Positions 9,093 through 18,323 of a DNA stretch of 64,000 nt are shown here, piece after piece; the stretch's first letter is position 1, and each line of letters opens with the position of its first letter. The translations under genes were made by a program, and so were the position numbers. The notes beneath the pieces were generated by a model. The model saw nothing but the letters and a program-made list of their open reading frames with translations. It was not told the origin of the DNA and did no database searches. The DNA comes from a virus (Duplodnaviria; Caudoviricetes), in IMG/VR virus record IMGVR_UViG_2926488731_000001, positions 1,766-65,765 of that record; one strand, written 5' to 3'.

Positions 9093-11575
9093 GCCCCCAA
9101 TTCCCCCGCTTCGTAAATTTTTCGTGCCAGTTGATTAGCAATACGGTCGATGTCCGCTTCTTCTCGGATTACTAATGTCTCTGCCAATTTTTCGACAACC
9201 ACATCACCTAATGATTTACCTCCACCAGTCGTTGCCGAACTACTTTGACCGTTTCCACCGTTAGACTTTGACGCTGTGCCACCTGCCGCCGAAACGGATG
9301 AATACATAACATTGTCGAATGCGTCCGCCTGTTTTCGATTCAGAATTCTTTCACCTTTATGCATTCGTGCGACGTAACCGTCGTAGGGCACTCGTTCCAA
9401 GCCGTGGTAGTGCGAACCGTTAACAGCCTTTTTACCTTTGCCGAACCCATCCGAGAAAGAACTTCCCGCCTTTTTACCCATATCGGTAAAGTTTGAAATG
9501 CCTGCCGACAGCTTATCGATCGCCCAACTGGCCGCGCCACTGATTGCCTTTTTAGCTCCGTTGAATCCTTCGGCGATTGCCTTTGGAATAGCCGCGCCGA
9601 GTTCCTTAAACTTCGCCCATACAGCGCTAATTGCGCCGCCAACAGCGCCCGGAATTGCGGAGACAAACCCGCCAATTTTTTCCGGTAACTGCGAAACCCA
9701 CTCAACCGCATTGTCGTAAGCCTTCATAAACCATTCACCGAAGCTAGCCGCTATACTTGAAAGCCAAGACACGGCGCTATCCCACGTGTTGGATAAAAAT
9801 TCACCGACCTTGCCCGGCAACTGACCGAGCCATTCGGCTGTGTTCGTATATGCTTGCGACATAAATTCAGCAAACTTGCCCGGAAATTGCGAAAGCCATT
9901 CGACCGCAACCCCGAACATAAAGCCGAGCCACTCCGCGACCTTGCTCGGAAGTTCCGAAAAGAACGTAACAACGTTTTCGATAGCGCTCGAAACTTTCTC
10001 TTTCATTGTTTCTTTTAATTTTCCGAACCACTCGACGGCTGACAAATACATACCGACAACTTTTTCGGTCGCCACCGTCTTCATTTCGCCCCATTTCGTC
10101 TTTAGCCATTCGCCCATTTTGCCGAATATTTCTTTCGTTTTACCCCATAGCTCTACGGCTTTGGCTTTAACCGTGTCCCAGTTACGATACAAAAGCACGC
10201 CTGCTGCGACAAGACCTGCGATGCCTGCGACTATCCATGTAATTGGACTCGCCCAAAAAGCCGCGTTTAGGCCGAGTTGAGCAATCGTCGCTGCCATCGT
10301 TGCCGTGCGCCAACCTTGCATTAACATTGTAACGGTCTTAATCATCTTTAGGCCAAGCATTGCGGTTTTAAACGTTCCCACTGCGACGGCTGCTGTAATT
10401 AAACCGTCTTTTATTTTCGGCCAAAGCTTTATGAAAGCGTCGAATTTAGCCGGCAATTTGCCCGCAAATTCCGTGGCCTTTTCTACGAGTCGTGTAAGCG
10501 CCGGTGCAATCTGTTCGTATATGTGCAATGCGACACCGGACATAGCCGACTTAAATAGTTCGAATTTGCCCGGTAAATTATCGAGCATATCGGCAGCCAT
10601 CTTTTCAGCAGCACCATCCGCATTTTCAAGCTGTGTCGTCATGTTCGCTAGTTCGTCTGAGCCACGTTCGAGTAGTATTGCCCAATGTTTATAGGCTTGC
10701 GCGCCGAATAACGTAGTCAGGACGGAAGATCGCTGTTCTTGTGTCATCTTCGCTGTGGCTCGCTCGACTTGCCCGACTACTTCAGGCAAAGATTTCATGT
10801 TACCTTGTGCGTCGAAAAACTCGATTCCAAGCTTTTTCATAACCACGTTCATTTGTTTTGTCGGCTTTGCGAGTCGCGCCAACGAGGTAGCAAATGCTTG
10901 ACCAGCCATCGAACCTTTCAAACCGGAATCACCGAACGTCATAAGTGCGGCCGAAGATTCCTCAAGACCCCAGCCGAGCGCATTCGCGATTGGTGCTAGG
11001 TAGTTCATTGCGTCCCCCATTTGCTGTACGTTTGTATTTGCGTTTGCTTGTGCGTAGGCAAATACGTCAGCAACGTGAGTTGCTTTTTCTGCTGAAATAC
11101 CGAAAGCTTGCATAGTGTCGGAGGTTATATCAGCCGCCTGACCGAGATCGAGCGCACCAGCCGCGGCGAGGTTTAACATACCAGGCATTCCCGCAATGAT
11201 TTCGTTAACTTTCCAACCTGCCAAAGCGAGGTATTCCATACCTTCACCGGCTTGAGTTGCTGTAAATACCGTGGTCTCCCCGAGATGTTTCGCCGTTGCT
11301 CGCATTTTCTCGAACTCTTCGTCGGTAGCTTGCGAAAATGCTTTTACACGGGACATCTGTCCGTCAAAGGCAGCGCCTATGCCGATGATAGACTTGGCAA
11401 CTGCGGCAGCGCCTAGAGTGACGCCAAACCCTGCGAGTACGCCCGAAAACTTTTCCGCAGCGCTTGTTGATTTTTTCGTTTGCTTTTCGAAACCACTTAG
11501 TCCCGCCGTCGCTCTTTTTAAGCCAGCAGTCATGCGATCACGCAATGTTAACTTCGCAACTAAATCAATCGCCAC
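9089..11575 (-). CDS. Tail tape measure protein
   Basis: 828 aa; TP901-type core (EGMEYLALAGW, GLKGSMAG) and periodic Trp/Phe repeats. Confidence 0.93.
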   Translation of the reverse strand: MAIDLVAKLTLRDRMTAGLKRATAGLSGFEKQTKKSTSAAEKFSGVLAGFGVTLGAAAVAKSIIGIGAAFDGQMSRVKAFSQATDEEFEKMRATAKHLGETTVFTATQAGEGMEYLALAGWKVNEIIAGMPGMLNLAAAGALDLGQAADITSDTMQAFGISAEKATHVADVFAYAQANANTNVQQMGDAMNYLAPIANALGWGLEESSAALMTFGDSGLKGSMAGQAFATSLARLAKPTKQMNVVMKKLGIEFFDAQGNMKSLPEVVGQVERATAKMTQEQRSSVLTTLFGAQAYKHWAILLERGSDELANMTTQLENADGAAEKMAADMLDNLPGKFELFKSAMSGVALHIYEQIAPALTRLVEKATEFAGKLPAKFDAFIKLWPKIKDGLITAAVAVGTFKTAMLGLKMIKTVTMLMQGWRTATMAATIAQLGLNAAFWASPITWIVAGIAGLVAAGVLLYRNWDTVKAKAVELWGKTKEIFGKMGEWLKTKWGEMKTVATEKVVGMYLSAVEWFGKLKETMKEKVSSAIENVVTFFSELPSKVAEWLGFMFGVAVEWLSQFPGKFAEFMSQAYTNTAEWLGQLPGKVGEFLSNTWDSAVSWLSSIAASFGEWFMKAYDNAVEWVSQLPEKIGGFVSAIPGAVGGAISAVWAKFKELGAAIPKAIAEGFNGAKKAISGAASWAIDKLSAGISNFTDMGKKAGSSFSDGFGKGKKAVNGSHYHGLERVPYDGYVARMHKGERILNRKQADAFDNVMYSSVSAAGGTASKSNGGNGQSSSATTGGGKSLGDVVVEKLAETLVIREEADIDRIANQLARKIYEAGELGA

Positions 11576-11785
11576 CTAAACGCCTCCTCTCCGCCTATTT
11601 CGTTTTGCTGCCCGCTCTTGTCGTTTGGCCTCCTCGGCCTCTTCTTCGATTACAATCATTTCGGAAGCGACCATAAATTGCCTATGTCGAAAATGTTTCG
11701 AGTAAAATTCGTCGGGCGTTACGCCGTGCAATTGAAAAAGGCGATGCAGGATGTATGCTTTCCCGCCCGCCTTTATGAGTTTTTT
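11576..11785 (-). CDS. Tail chaperone extension made by programmed -1 frameshift (gpGT-like)
   Basis: Slippery A AAA AAC at 11785-11779; the -1 frame is open to TAG at 11576, abutting the tape measure start. Confidence 0.8.
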   Translation of the reverse strand, partial: KKLIKAGGKAYILHRLFQLHGVTPDEFYSKHFRHRQFMVASEMIVIEEEAEEAKRQERAAKRNRRRGGV

Positions 11786-12180
11786 ACGTCTTCGATCTCG
11801 TCTTCGTCTTCGTCCGCAGTAAATCCGGATAGTTCCAAAATGGCTTGGTGTAGCTCGAAAATCTCACCGGCAAGTAGCGCTTTTTTTACGCATTCGCCCG
11901 CCGTGGGCGCTCCAAATTTTTCAAGCACTCGTGGGTCGGCAAAGTCGGGGTCGGCACAACCCGCCGCGATCGTTAGATAGCCGAGCTTATCGCCATCGAC
12001 GACCTTTTGTTTCTTCTTGCCGCGCCCTTCAAAGTCCGAAGCTTCTTCCCGAATCTTATTCAAGGTATCACCGTCAATCGCTTTGATGGTGAAGTAAGTG
12101 TCTAAACGTTTTACGAAGTATTTTTCCTCTACGTTTACGTCCGAATTTAGTAACGCATCGATTGCGCTTAATTCCGCCAT
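11773..12180 (-). CDS. Tail assembly chaperone (XkdN-like)
   Basis: LLAGEI...ILELSGF...DVKNS; between tail tube and tape measure. Confidence 0.88.
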   Translation of the reverse strand: MAELSAIDALLNSDVNVEEKYFVKRLDTYFTIKAIDGDTLNKIREEASDFEGRGKKKQKVVDGDKLGYLTIAAGCADPDFADPRVLEKFGAPTAGECVKKALLAGEIFELHQAILELSGFTADEDEDEIEDVKNS

Positions 12181-12201
12181 GCTATCGTCTCCTTATCGTT
12201 T

Positions 12202-12624
12202 TTATAGGTATTCGACTCCGCCAAATGTAAAGTTGTATTCCTCCTCAACTATAGAATTAGCTTCAGCATTTATAATAGGGGCTGCCTCAAACTGTACTTC
12301 TTTTAGCCGTATGAATGCTTTCGATTGCGGCGACTCTGGATCGTTGACTTCTATAAGTAGTTCCGTGATATAGGGCGAACTTTTATCGTCTCCCACAACG
12401 GAAATTAGTTTCGCAAAATCATGAGTCATCTTAAAGCCAGACATAGAACCTTCCCCGGATACGCCCATAGCCTTCTTACCGACCCACCTAGTGCCAGATC
12501 GTGCTATATCCTCGTAGTCAACGTTCATTGTTGCTTCGAGTGAGTTGACAAACGTTAACCATCGTCCTTCATGATAAACTTTACAGAAAGCCCCGTTAAT
12601 TACCGTCTCTGCCTTTAAAACCAT
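12202..12624 (-). CDS. Tail tube protein (XkdM-like)
   Basis: VING..., VNDPES, EEEYNFTF motifs. Confidence 0.88.
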   Translation of the reverse strand: MVLKAETVINGAFCKVYHEGRWLTFVNSLEATMNVDYEDIARSGTRWVGKKAMGVSGEGSMSGFKMTHDFAKLISVVGDDKSSPYITELLIEVNDPESPQSKAFIRLKEVQFEAAPIINAEANSIVEEEYNFTFGGVEYL

Positions 12625-12647
12625 CCGTTAACACCTCCAATTTATCG

Positions 12648-13736
12648 TTATTCTTTTGCGTCAATCGTTACAAAGAATCGTTCCGCTGAATCTACTTCGA
12701 TGTAGGAAATTAAAAGAAATACCGCATCGCCCTTTGAGGGTCGTTCAGGGTCAAGCTGTACGGTTGGTTCTGCGAGAACATTCTCGGTTTCCAGCATTTC
12801 TAAATACGCCTTAACCGCGCTTATTAACGACGCTTGACCCGCTTCGTTATTGTCAATCTTTCCGATGTAGTGATCACAAGCAGTTGCGGTAATGTCCGTT
12901 TGAATCGCCTGCCGAGCGCGCATGATGCGAATTTTCCCTCGTTTACCTGCGTCTGATTGCGTCACGATTCCTTGCATAACCTTCACTTTTCGCCCGTCGT
13001 GAAAAAGAACGAGCGAACCGCTAGTGAGCGCTTTGTTGACTTCACTATTTTTTAAGCGTCTAGTAACGTCTACGACCGGAATATCCCGATACGTAATCGC
13101 TTGGTTAATCGGAGTGCCTGCAATTAAACCCGCGATGTACGGCGCAAATTGCCCGGAACTCAATTCTGTGCCGGAGCCGCTAATTACTCCCGAAATTAGA
13201 TTTACTGCATAGTCGTCAGCCAATCGAATTGAGCGAGCATTTCCGACCTCGGGGTCTTGGTCCTCTGTGAGTGTGCCACCATATACGACCATGAAGTGCT
13301 TACCCTCTTTGCGGTTTCGTTTGCACCACGCTAACGATGCGTCTTGCTCCGTTGCTTCTACAGCATCGGGGTACACAAACACGTTAAAATGCTGTGCTTC
13401 GTACTTATCCCGTACACTGAAAAACGCTTCTTCTTTGTCGCTCGACTCTAGATCGTCTATTTGTGACATAGCATATACAAGGACTTCTTTCGCTCCGCCT
13501 TGCAATACCCGAATAACTGGCCTAGCGTAATCCATGCCGAAAAGTTCGATCGCCTCGGCTTCCCGTTCGATCGTATAAAATTTTCCAATGTCAGCCGTAC
13601 CTTCGTGTTCGAACAAAGGCATAGCCACGATTCCGCGCGCACCGCCCGAAATTTGCGCTAAGGCTGCGTCTCGAAATCGTATATACATTCCGGGCTGAAT
13701 CGGTAAGGACGTCGGGTCCCAAGTTCCACCTGCCAT
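12648..13736 (-). CDS. Tail sheath protein (XkdK-like, compact)
   Basis: MAGGTW...PGMYIRF...RGIVAMP; YIGKIDNN..GQ; 362 aa. Confidence 0.9.
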   Translation of the reverse strand: MAGGTWDPTSLPIQPGMYIRFRDAALAQISGGARGIVAMPLFEHEGTADIGKFYTIEREAEAIELFGMDYARPVIRVLQGGAKEVLVYAMSQIDDLESSDKEEAFFSVRDKYEAQHFNVFVYPDAVEATEQDASLAWCKRNRKEGKHFMVVYGGTLTEDQDPEVGNARSIRLADDYAVNLISGVISGSGTELSSGQFAPYIAGLIAGTPINQAITYRDIPVVDVTRRLKNSEVNKALTSGSLVLFHDGRKVKVMQGIVTQSDAGKRGKIRIMRARQAIQTDITATACDHYIGKIDNNEAGQASLISAVKAYLEMLETENVLAEPTVQLDPERPSKGDAVFLLISYIEVDSAERFFVTIDAKE

Positions 13737-14210
13737 CTATTTCCGCCTCCCACATTCTGTTTTCGTTTTATCGCCATTTGTTTCAACTTCAACAACGCCA
13801 ATTTTTTCGTATTTTTCTTGTGGTCTTGCCTGTCGAAGCTCTACCTGCAAAGTTGCAAGCATACAAAAAGCGCCACCCTCCGTTTTAAACGGCTGTGACG
13901 CACCAAAACTTTTAGGAATAACTCGATAATCTGTCGTTTTAAATTGCAGCGTGTTTCCGAATACTTCCTCGATAAGTTCGAATTTACGCAAGCAATCTAC
14001 TTCGCTTTGTCCGTAATATAACAACCGAAAAGTTCGATCAATTCGATAATGATACGCCGTTTCTGTCGTATTGCTGCTTTCCACGTATTGGATAACCGCA
14101 AGTCCAAGCGTTGGCTTTTCCGGCAAATGCTGATATTTAATAGTAGCGTCCGGTAAGGTTCCTGAAATAATCGCCCCGATCGCTTCTATTTCGTCGGTTA
14201 TTTTCGCCAT
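13737..14210 (-). CDS. Tail terminator / completion protein
   Basis: Size and position directly upstream of the sheath. Confidence 0.65.
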   Translation of the reverse strand: MAKITDEIEAIGAIISGTLPDATIKYQHLPEKPTLGLAVIQYVESSNTTETAYHYRIDRTFRLLYYGQSEVDCLRKFELIEEVFGNTLQFKTTDYRVIPKSFGASQPFKTEGGAFCMLATLQVELRQARPQEKYEKIGVVEVETNGDKTKTECGRRK

Positions 14211-14615
14211 CTACCAGCCGCTCCTTTTAAGCGCAGCTTTTATATCGGACTCAAGCCACTGCTGCCACGCCGTTTCCCGCTTATCTGCGGATACGTCAAG
14301 GAATTTCTTTTCAGTGCCCGCGTGACGAAGCGACTTACCACCGGCATCTAGTTCGTGAATATAATACGCATAATTAAAACGACCGCCGGAATCAGTCGTA
14401 GCATTCGCCGTTACCACAACTTCGGCTGTATCTGATTCCCCTGTTATCTGATCACGTAAGTTACGTTTATCCATCGGTGCAACATCGCGAGCTTCACGAA
14501 TCCAGTCGTCTTTAATGTCACCTAATGCTTGCGTTGCACCCCGTTTTACTGCTCGGGGCGAAGTCCGAATGGCTCGTTTAAATTTTTTTAAATCGAGATG
14601 AAACTCTTTCGCCAC
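14211..14615 (-). CDS. HK97 gp10-family neck protein
   Basis: APMDKRNLR...FNYAYYIHE...KKFL. Confidence 0.8.
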   Translation of the reverse strand: MAKEFHLDLKKFKRAIRTSPRAVKRGATQALGDIKDDWIREARDVAPMDKRNLRDQITGESDTAEVVVTANATTDSGGRFNYAYYIHELDAGGKSLRHAGTEKKFLDVSADKRETAWQQWLESDIKAALKRSGW

Positions 14616-14629
14616 CTTACCGCCCTCCT

Positions 14630-14944
14630 TTATACATAAACGATTGTCAGCGTCGGCTTTCCACTAAGCATTCGGACCGGCTCGATCTTAATAGGCCTAG
14701 CTTTCGTTGTAATTCCTCGTTCATCTGTGTATTCGAATGCGTCGTCATAACGAACGTCGGGGAATTTATCGAACCACATTTCCGCACCGCTGACGACCTC
14801 TTCGCCCGCTACGTTTTTTACTATTTGCGTTCGTTCGTCAATACGGCACTTCATTTCGTTAGATGTCGTTTTTTCTTCGCCCCACTTATTCTTTTCGACA
14901 ACTCGATGCACTGTCACGATTTGCTTTAATGGGACTATAGCCAT
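14630..14944 (-). CDS. Head closure / head-tail adaptor
   Basis: Beta-rich 104 aa with GEEVVS motif; synteny. Confidence 0.7.
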   Translation of the reverse strand: MAIVPLKQIVTVHRVVEKNKWGEEKTTSNEMKCRIDERTQIVKNVAGEEVVSGAEMWFDKFPDVRYDDAFEYTDERGITTKARPIKIEPVRMLSGKPTLTIVYV

Positions 14945-15319
14945 TTACAGCACCGTCCATTTCGCAATTCGGCCTTTAGGCGCACCTATCATTTCGTATA
15001 CTTCCTCGGGGATAAGATCGTCCAGCCCCTTCTTAGCCCAATCCTTAAACGTAAACGCGATTCCTCGCACTGAAAACGACGCAACGCCTTGCTGCTGGTA
15101 TTTGTTCGTATCGTTATACGCTGCTCCGAGCACCGCAGCGAAAATGTACACGGCTTGTGTCGGTATAATGTATCCGTCAAATTTTCGGTTGAGCGTTCGG
15201 TACGCTACGTTAAGCAGCGCGTATTTTCGCTCGTCTTCAGCTTCGAGAAAATCTTCGTTATCGAGCGTGTTCATTTGAATGTAGTCCGTTGCATCGTCGA
15301 GATACCATTCGATTGACAT
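14945..15319 (-). CDS. Head-tail connector
   Basis: QQQGVASFSV.GI motif; synteny. Confidence 0.7.
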   Translation of the reverse strand: MSIEWYLDDATDYIQMNTLDNEDFLEAEDERKYALLNVAYRTLNRKFDGYIIPTQAVYIFAAVLGAAYNDTNKYQQQGVASFSVRGIAFTFKDWAKKGLDDLIPEEVYEMIGAPKGRIAKWTVL

Positions 15320-15335
15320 AAACCCACCCCCGCTT

Positions 15336-15584
15336 CTATTTTTTGGCGGAGGCTTTCGGTTTAGGTTTAGGTTTCGTTGCCTTTGGCTTCTCCGCTGGCT
15401 CTGATTTTTCTTCGGTTTTTAGCTTCTCCGCCTTTTCTAAGCACGTTAAATAGCGAGGACAAAGCTCCATTAACGCCCTGATCTCGCCATCGTCTTCTGT
15501 TTCATATATGCCGTCCAATCCGAACGTTAAGCTTTTGTCACCATAACGGACCGAGTAAAACGGCGTCGCTTTAAACTTCGCCAA
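15336..15584 (-). CDS. Small head-associated protein with Lys/Pro-rich tail
   Basis: GIYETEDDGEI motif; RBS; follows the capsid gene. Confidence 0.6.
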   Translation of the reverse strand: MAKFKATPFYSVRYGDKSLTFGLDGIYETEDDGEIRALMELCPRYLTCLEKAEKLKTEEKSEPAEKPKATKPKPKPKASAKK

Positions 15585-15598
15585 TCACTACACCCCCG

Positions 15599-16729
15599 TT
15601 ATTTTACTTTTTTACTTACGTTCTCAAGCACAGCGATTTTTTCTTTAGCATTCATAATTTTTATGCCATATTCTCCGCGAATTTGGCGAGCGACAAAGTC
15701 GGCACCGTTCGGAGTTGCATCTAAGTCATGTAGTGCACGATTTTGCAACGGATGGAAAGATAAAATTGATCGGTCGAATAGGATGATTTTATCTTTCGGC
15801 ATATTTTTATCTACAACGACTGTTACCACGTCACCACCAACGATATCAGACACGAATGTAGCTACGTAGTTTCCGCGTGCTGTGTCTTGCCTTTCGATCG
15901 TGATTTTATCGTTTAGTAGTTTAGATAATTGACGAGAACCCGGCGTATTGGTAAGAATAGTGTTTACACTGCCGCCACGTTGAAACACTTTTTCAAGCGC
16001 TTCGTTGATTACCTTCGCTGAAAGCTCTCCCCCGCTAAGGTTCTCCTTCACGGAATTTTTAATCTGTGCGAAGTGCAATAGACCTCCTGTCATACGTGGC
16101 TGCCCTACACTTCCCGCATTTCTACGTCCATAGATCAATTGATCGTTAAATTCGCGCGCAAGCTCTTTTAGACGCAGTTGGACTTGATAATTTAATTCGT
16201 CTGAGACGTTGTGTGTTCGCACTGCCTGTTGTGTTTTCGATACAGCCGCATATCTTTCGAAAATTTGCGTGTAATTAAAGTCAACATAACGGTCGTGTGA
16301 CTCGTCCTGTCCCGGCATAGCCGCTTCTAGCTGTGGTCTTGCGACAATCCGAATTTCGGAGTCTTCCGTATCTTTCGCGTGTGCCGTTTTTGCAGTATCG
16401 TCAAACCCTCGAATGACTGTAATTTTGTCCTCATTTACAGAAACGACTTTCATGTATTCGTCTTCGATTACAATTACTGCATTCACTCGGAATTTCTCGC
16501 CATCACCTGCTACAACATCGATTTCGGTTTGCGAGTCGTCAATGTCTCCGGCAAGATTCGCCCGATTTGAATTTAGGTGATCGGACATCCATTCGTATTT
16601 TGTTTGAAAAAGCGTTTCGCCGCTTAGTCCGATCGTGCTAAGTAAAGTCGGTTCATCCTCAATAATTAGGGAAATTCCTGCTTCGAGCTGTCGTACCTGA
16701 TCTTGAAAATCATAAGATTGCATAACCAT
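15599..16729 (-). CDS. Major capsid protein (DUF5309/SU10-like)
   Basis: YEWMSD, NYTQIF, RMTGGL and GEYG motifs; follows the scaffold. Confidence 0.88.
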   Translation of the reverse strand: MVMQSYDFQDQVRQLEAGISLIIEDEPTLLSTIGLSGETLFQTKYEWMSDHLNSNRANLAGDIDDSQTEIDVVAGDGEKFRVNAVIVIEDEYMKVVSVNEDKITVIRGFDDTAKTAHAKDTEDSEIRIVARPQLEAAMPGQDESHDRYVDFNYTQIFERYAAVSKTQQAVRTHNVSDELNYQVQLRLKELAREFNDQLIYGRRNAGSVGQPRMTGGLLHFAQIKNSVKENLSGGELSAKVINEALEKVFQRGGSVNTILTNTPGSRQLSKLLNDKITIERQDTARGNYVATFVSDIVGGDVVTVVVDKNMPKDKIILFDRSILSFHPLQNRALHDLDATPNGADFVARQIRGEYGIKIMNAKEKIAVLENVSKKVK

Positions 16730-16750
16730 TTACATCCGTCTCCTTTTTAA

Positions 16751-17383
16751 CTATTGTTCTAGTAATTTATTCGATAACTCTACGACCTTGGCAAAATCCT
16801 TGTTCTGTCTCGCTTCAGCTAATTGTGCTTCTAATGTTTTGGTATCCTTAGTTTTACCACCGTTCGTACTCACGCCTATTGGCTCTTTCGGTTGTGTTGC
16901 CGATTCAGTCAAGGCTAAGAAAGGATATTGTTCGACCAAGCCACCGAGAATATTGTCTAGCCCATCGATTTTGTTATCTTCCGTAATTGTAGCCGCTGTG
17001 ATATCGGCTAGTTTTAGTGCAGCACCTAACCGTTCCGTTGGAATATTGTAGTTTGGCGCTTCTTTGATAAATTCGTTGATGACTTGTTGTCGTTGTGCTT
17101 TTGAAGATAGTTCCTCGATCTTCTTCGTTAGTGTTTGCTCAACGTTTGATTTTTCGGCAAGTTGTTTTTGTAGTCGCTCTATTTCTGTCAATTCAGCGTC
17201 TTTTCGCTCCTGTTCAGCCGCTTCAAATCCGGACAGTTTTGCTTTTAAATCATCGTAATCAGCATACTTTTTCTCTACACGAGCGAGGCTTTTCGTAATA
17301 ATTTCGTTAACTTGCTCCTCCGTAAACGTCTTTTCTTCTGTCGTTACTTCTTCCTTCTGTTGCTGTTGTTGTTCTTCTGACAT
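16751..17383 (-). CDS. Capsid scaffolding protein
   Basis: KTFTEEQVNEII...KYADYDDLKAK coiled coil. Confidence 0.88.
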   Translation of the reverse strand: MSEEQQQQQKEEVTTEEKTFTEEQVNEIITKSLARVEKKYADYDDLKAKLSGFEAAEQERKDAELTEIERLQKQLAEKSNVEQTLTKKIEELSSKAQRQQVINEFIKEAPNYNIPTERLGAALKLADITAATITEDNKIDGLDNILGGLVEQYPFLALTESATQPKEPIGVSTNGGKTKDTKTLEAQLAEARQNKDFAKVVELSNKLLEQ

Positions 17384-17432
17384 TCGTATACCTCCCCGTT
17401 TTAAGGCCGTCGCCTATAAGTGGCCGAAAGTT

Positions 17433-18323
17433 TTACGCCATTTCGTAAGGCAATTCGTTTAATTCGAGCAAGTCCGTTGGAAGACGATCTGGACGCCTAA
17501 CTGGACTGATCGTGTGCTTACAACATGGATGAAAAATTTCATTCCGTGGCAGGTCTTCGAAAGCAGGAAAATTTCCCGGAGCTTCTGGCGTCAACTTAAT
17601 TAACTTACCCTCGTATGCTCGGCAGTCATCTTTAGCGTTATGTCGGCTGATAACGCCATATATAACGTCGCGCCCGATCGCTTCGTTTATTGTCGATTCT
17701 AGATGTGCTTCCATCATTTTTGTACGTCCTAGCATTTCCGTATAGTGACTTAGTCGCCATCGTCGGCCGGCCGCATCGATAATAGCCGTATCTACTTCGT
17801 CGCCAAGTCGTTTCTTCAACTCGCGGGCAATGTCCTTATTAAGTGATTTTATATCGTTTATACCTTGCGTTGCCTTAGTGCGCATGACAAGCGCAGACGT
17901 TCGGCGGATAGCTGTTTTTGTACGCCTTTCTACGTTTTCAGTAACCGCTAATAAATCAGACTGCGTGTCAGCCACGATCGCCTCGATCATCGCCTTATTT
18001 AGCTTATTAAAGGTGGCAATTTTTTTAGCTTCCTCGAAAGTGACGGCCAATCCCATCGAATATAACGTAGATGCAACGCCATCTCTCGCTGATTTTGTGA
18101 TCGCCTCGCTAGCCCATTTACCAGCGTTTGCGCCGAGTTTCTTTAAGATTTCGATGATTTCCGCTTCAACCGCAAGAATTTGTGCGCGTTTAAAATCCGT
18201 AAGAAAAAGCGAATTTAGCTCTTTTCGGATTGCTTTAAGTGCCTGCTCGTACTGCCGAACTAGTCGTTGAGCATCGTAATCGTAATTTGGTCGAGGAGAT
18301 TCACGAAATTCACGCTTCGTCAT
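17433..18323 (-). CDS. Minor capsid / head morphogenesis protein
   Basis: DAAGRRW...Y.EM..RT and HPCCKH motifs. Confidence 0.85.
   Translation of the reverse strand: MTKREFRESPRPNYDYDAQRLVRQYEQALKAIRKELNSLFLTDFKRAQILAVEAEIIEILKKLGANAGKWASEAITKSARDGVASTLYSMGLAVTFEEAKKIATFNKLNKAMIEAIVADTQSDLLAVTENVERRTKTAIRRTSALVMRTKATQGINDIKSLNKDIARELKKRLGDEVDTAIIDAAGRRWRLSHYTEMLGRTKMMEAHLESTINEAIGRDVIYGVISRHNAKDDCRAYEGKLIKLTPEAPGNFPAFEDLPRNEIFHPCCKHTISPVRRPDRLPTDLLELNELPYEMA

Noticed and set aside
4689-13736. Tailocin or eCIS
   Set aside because: Capsid, portal, terminase, replication genes and integrase are all present, so this is a full phage
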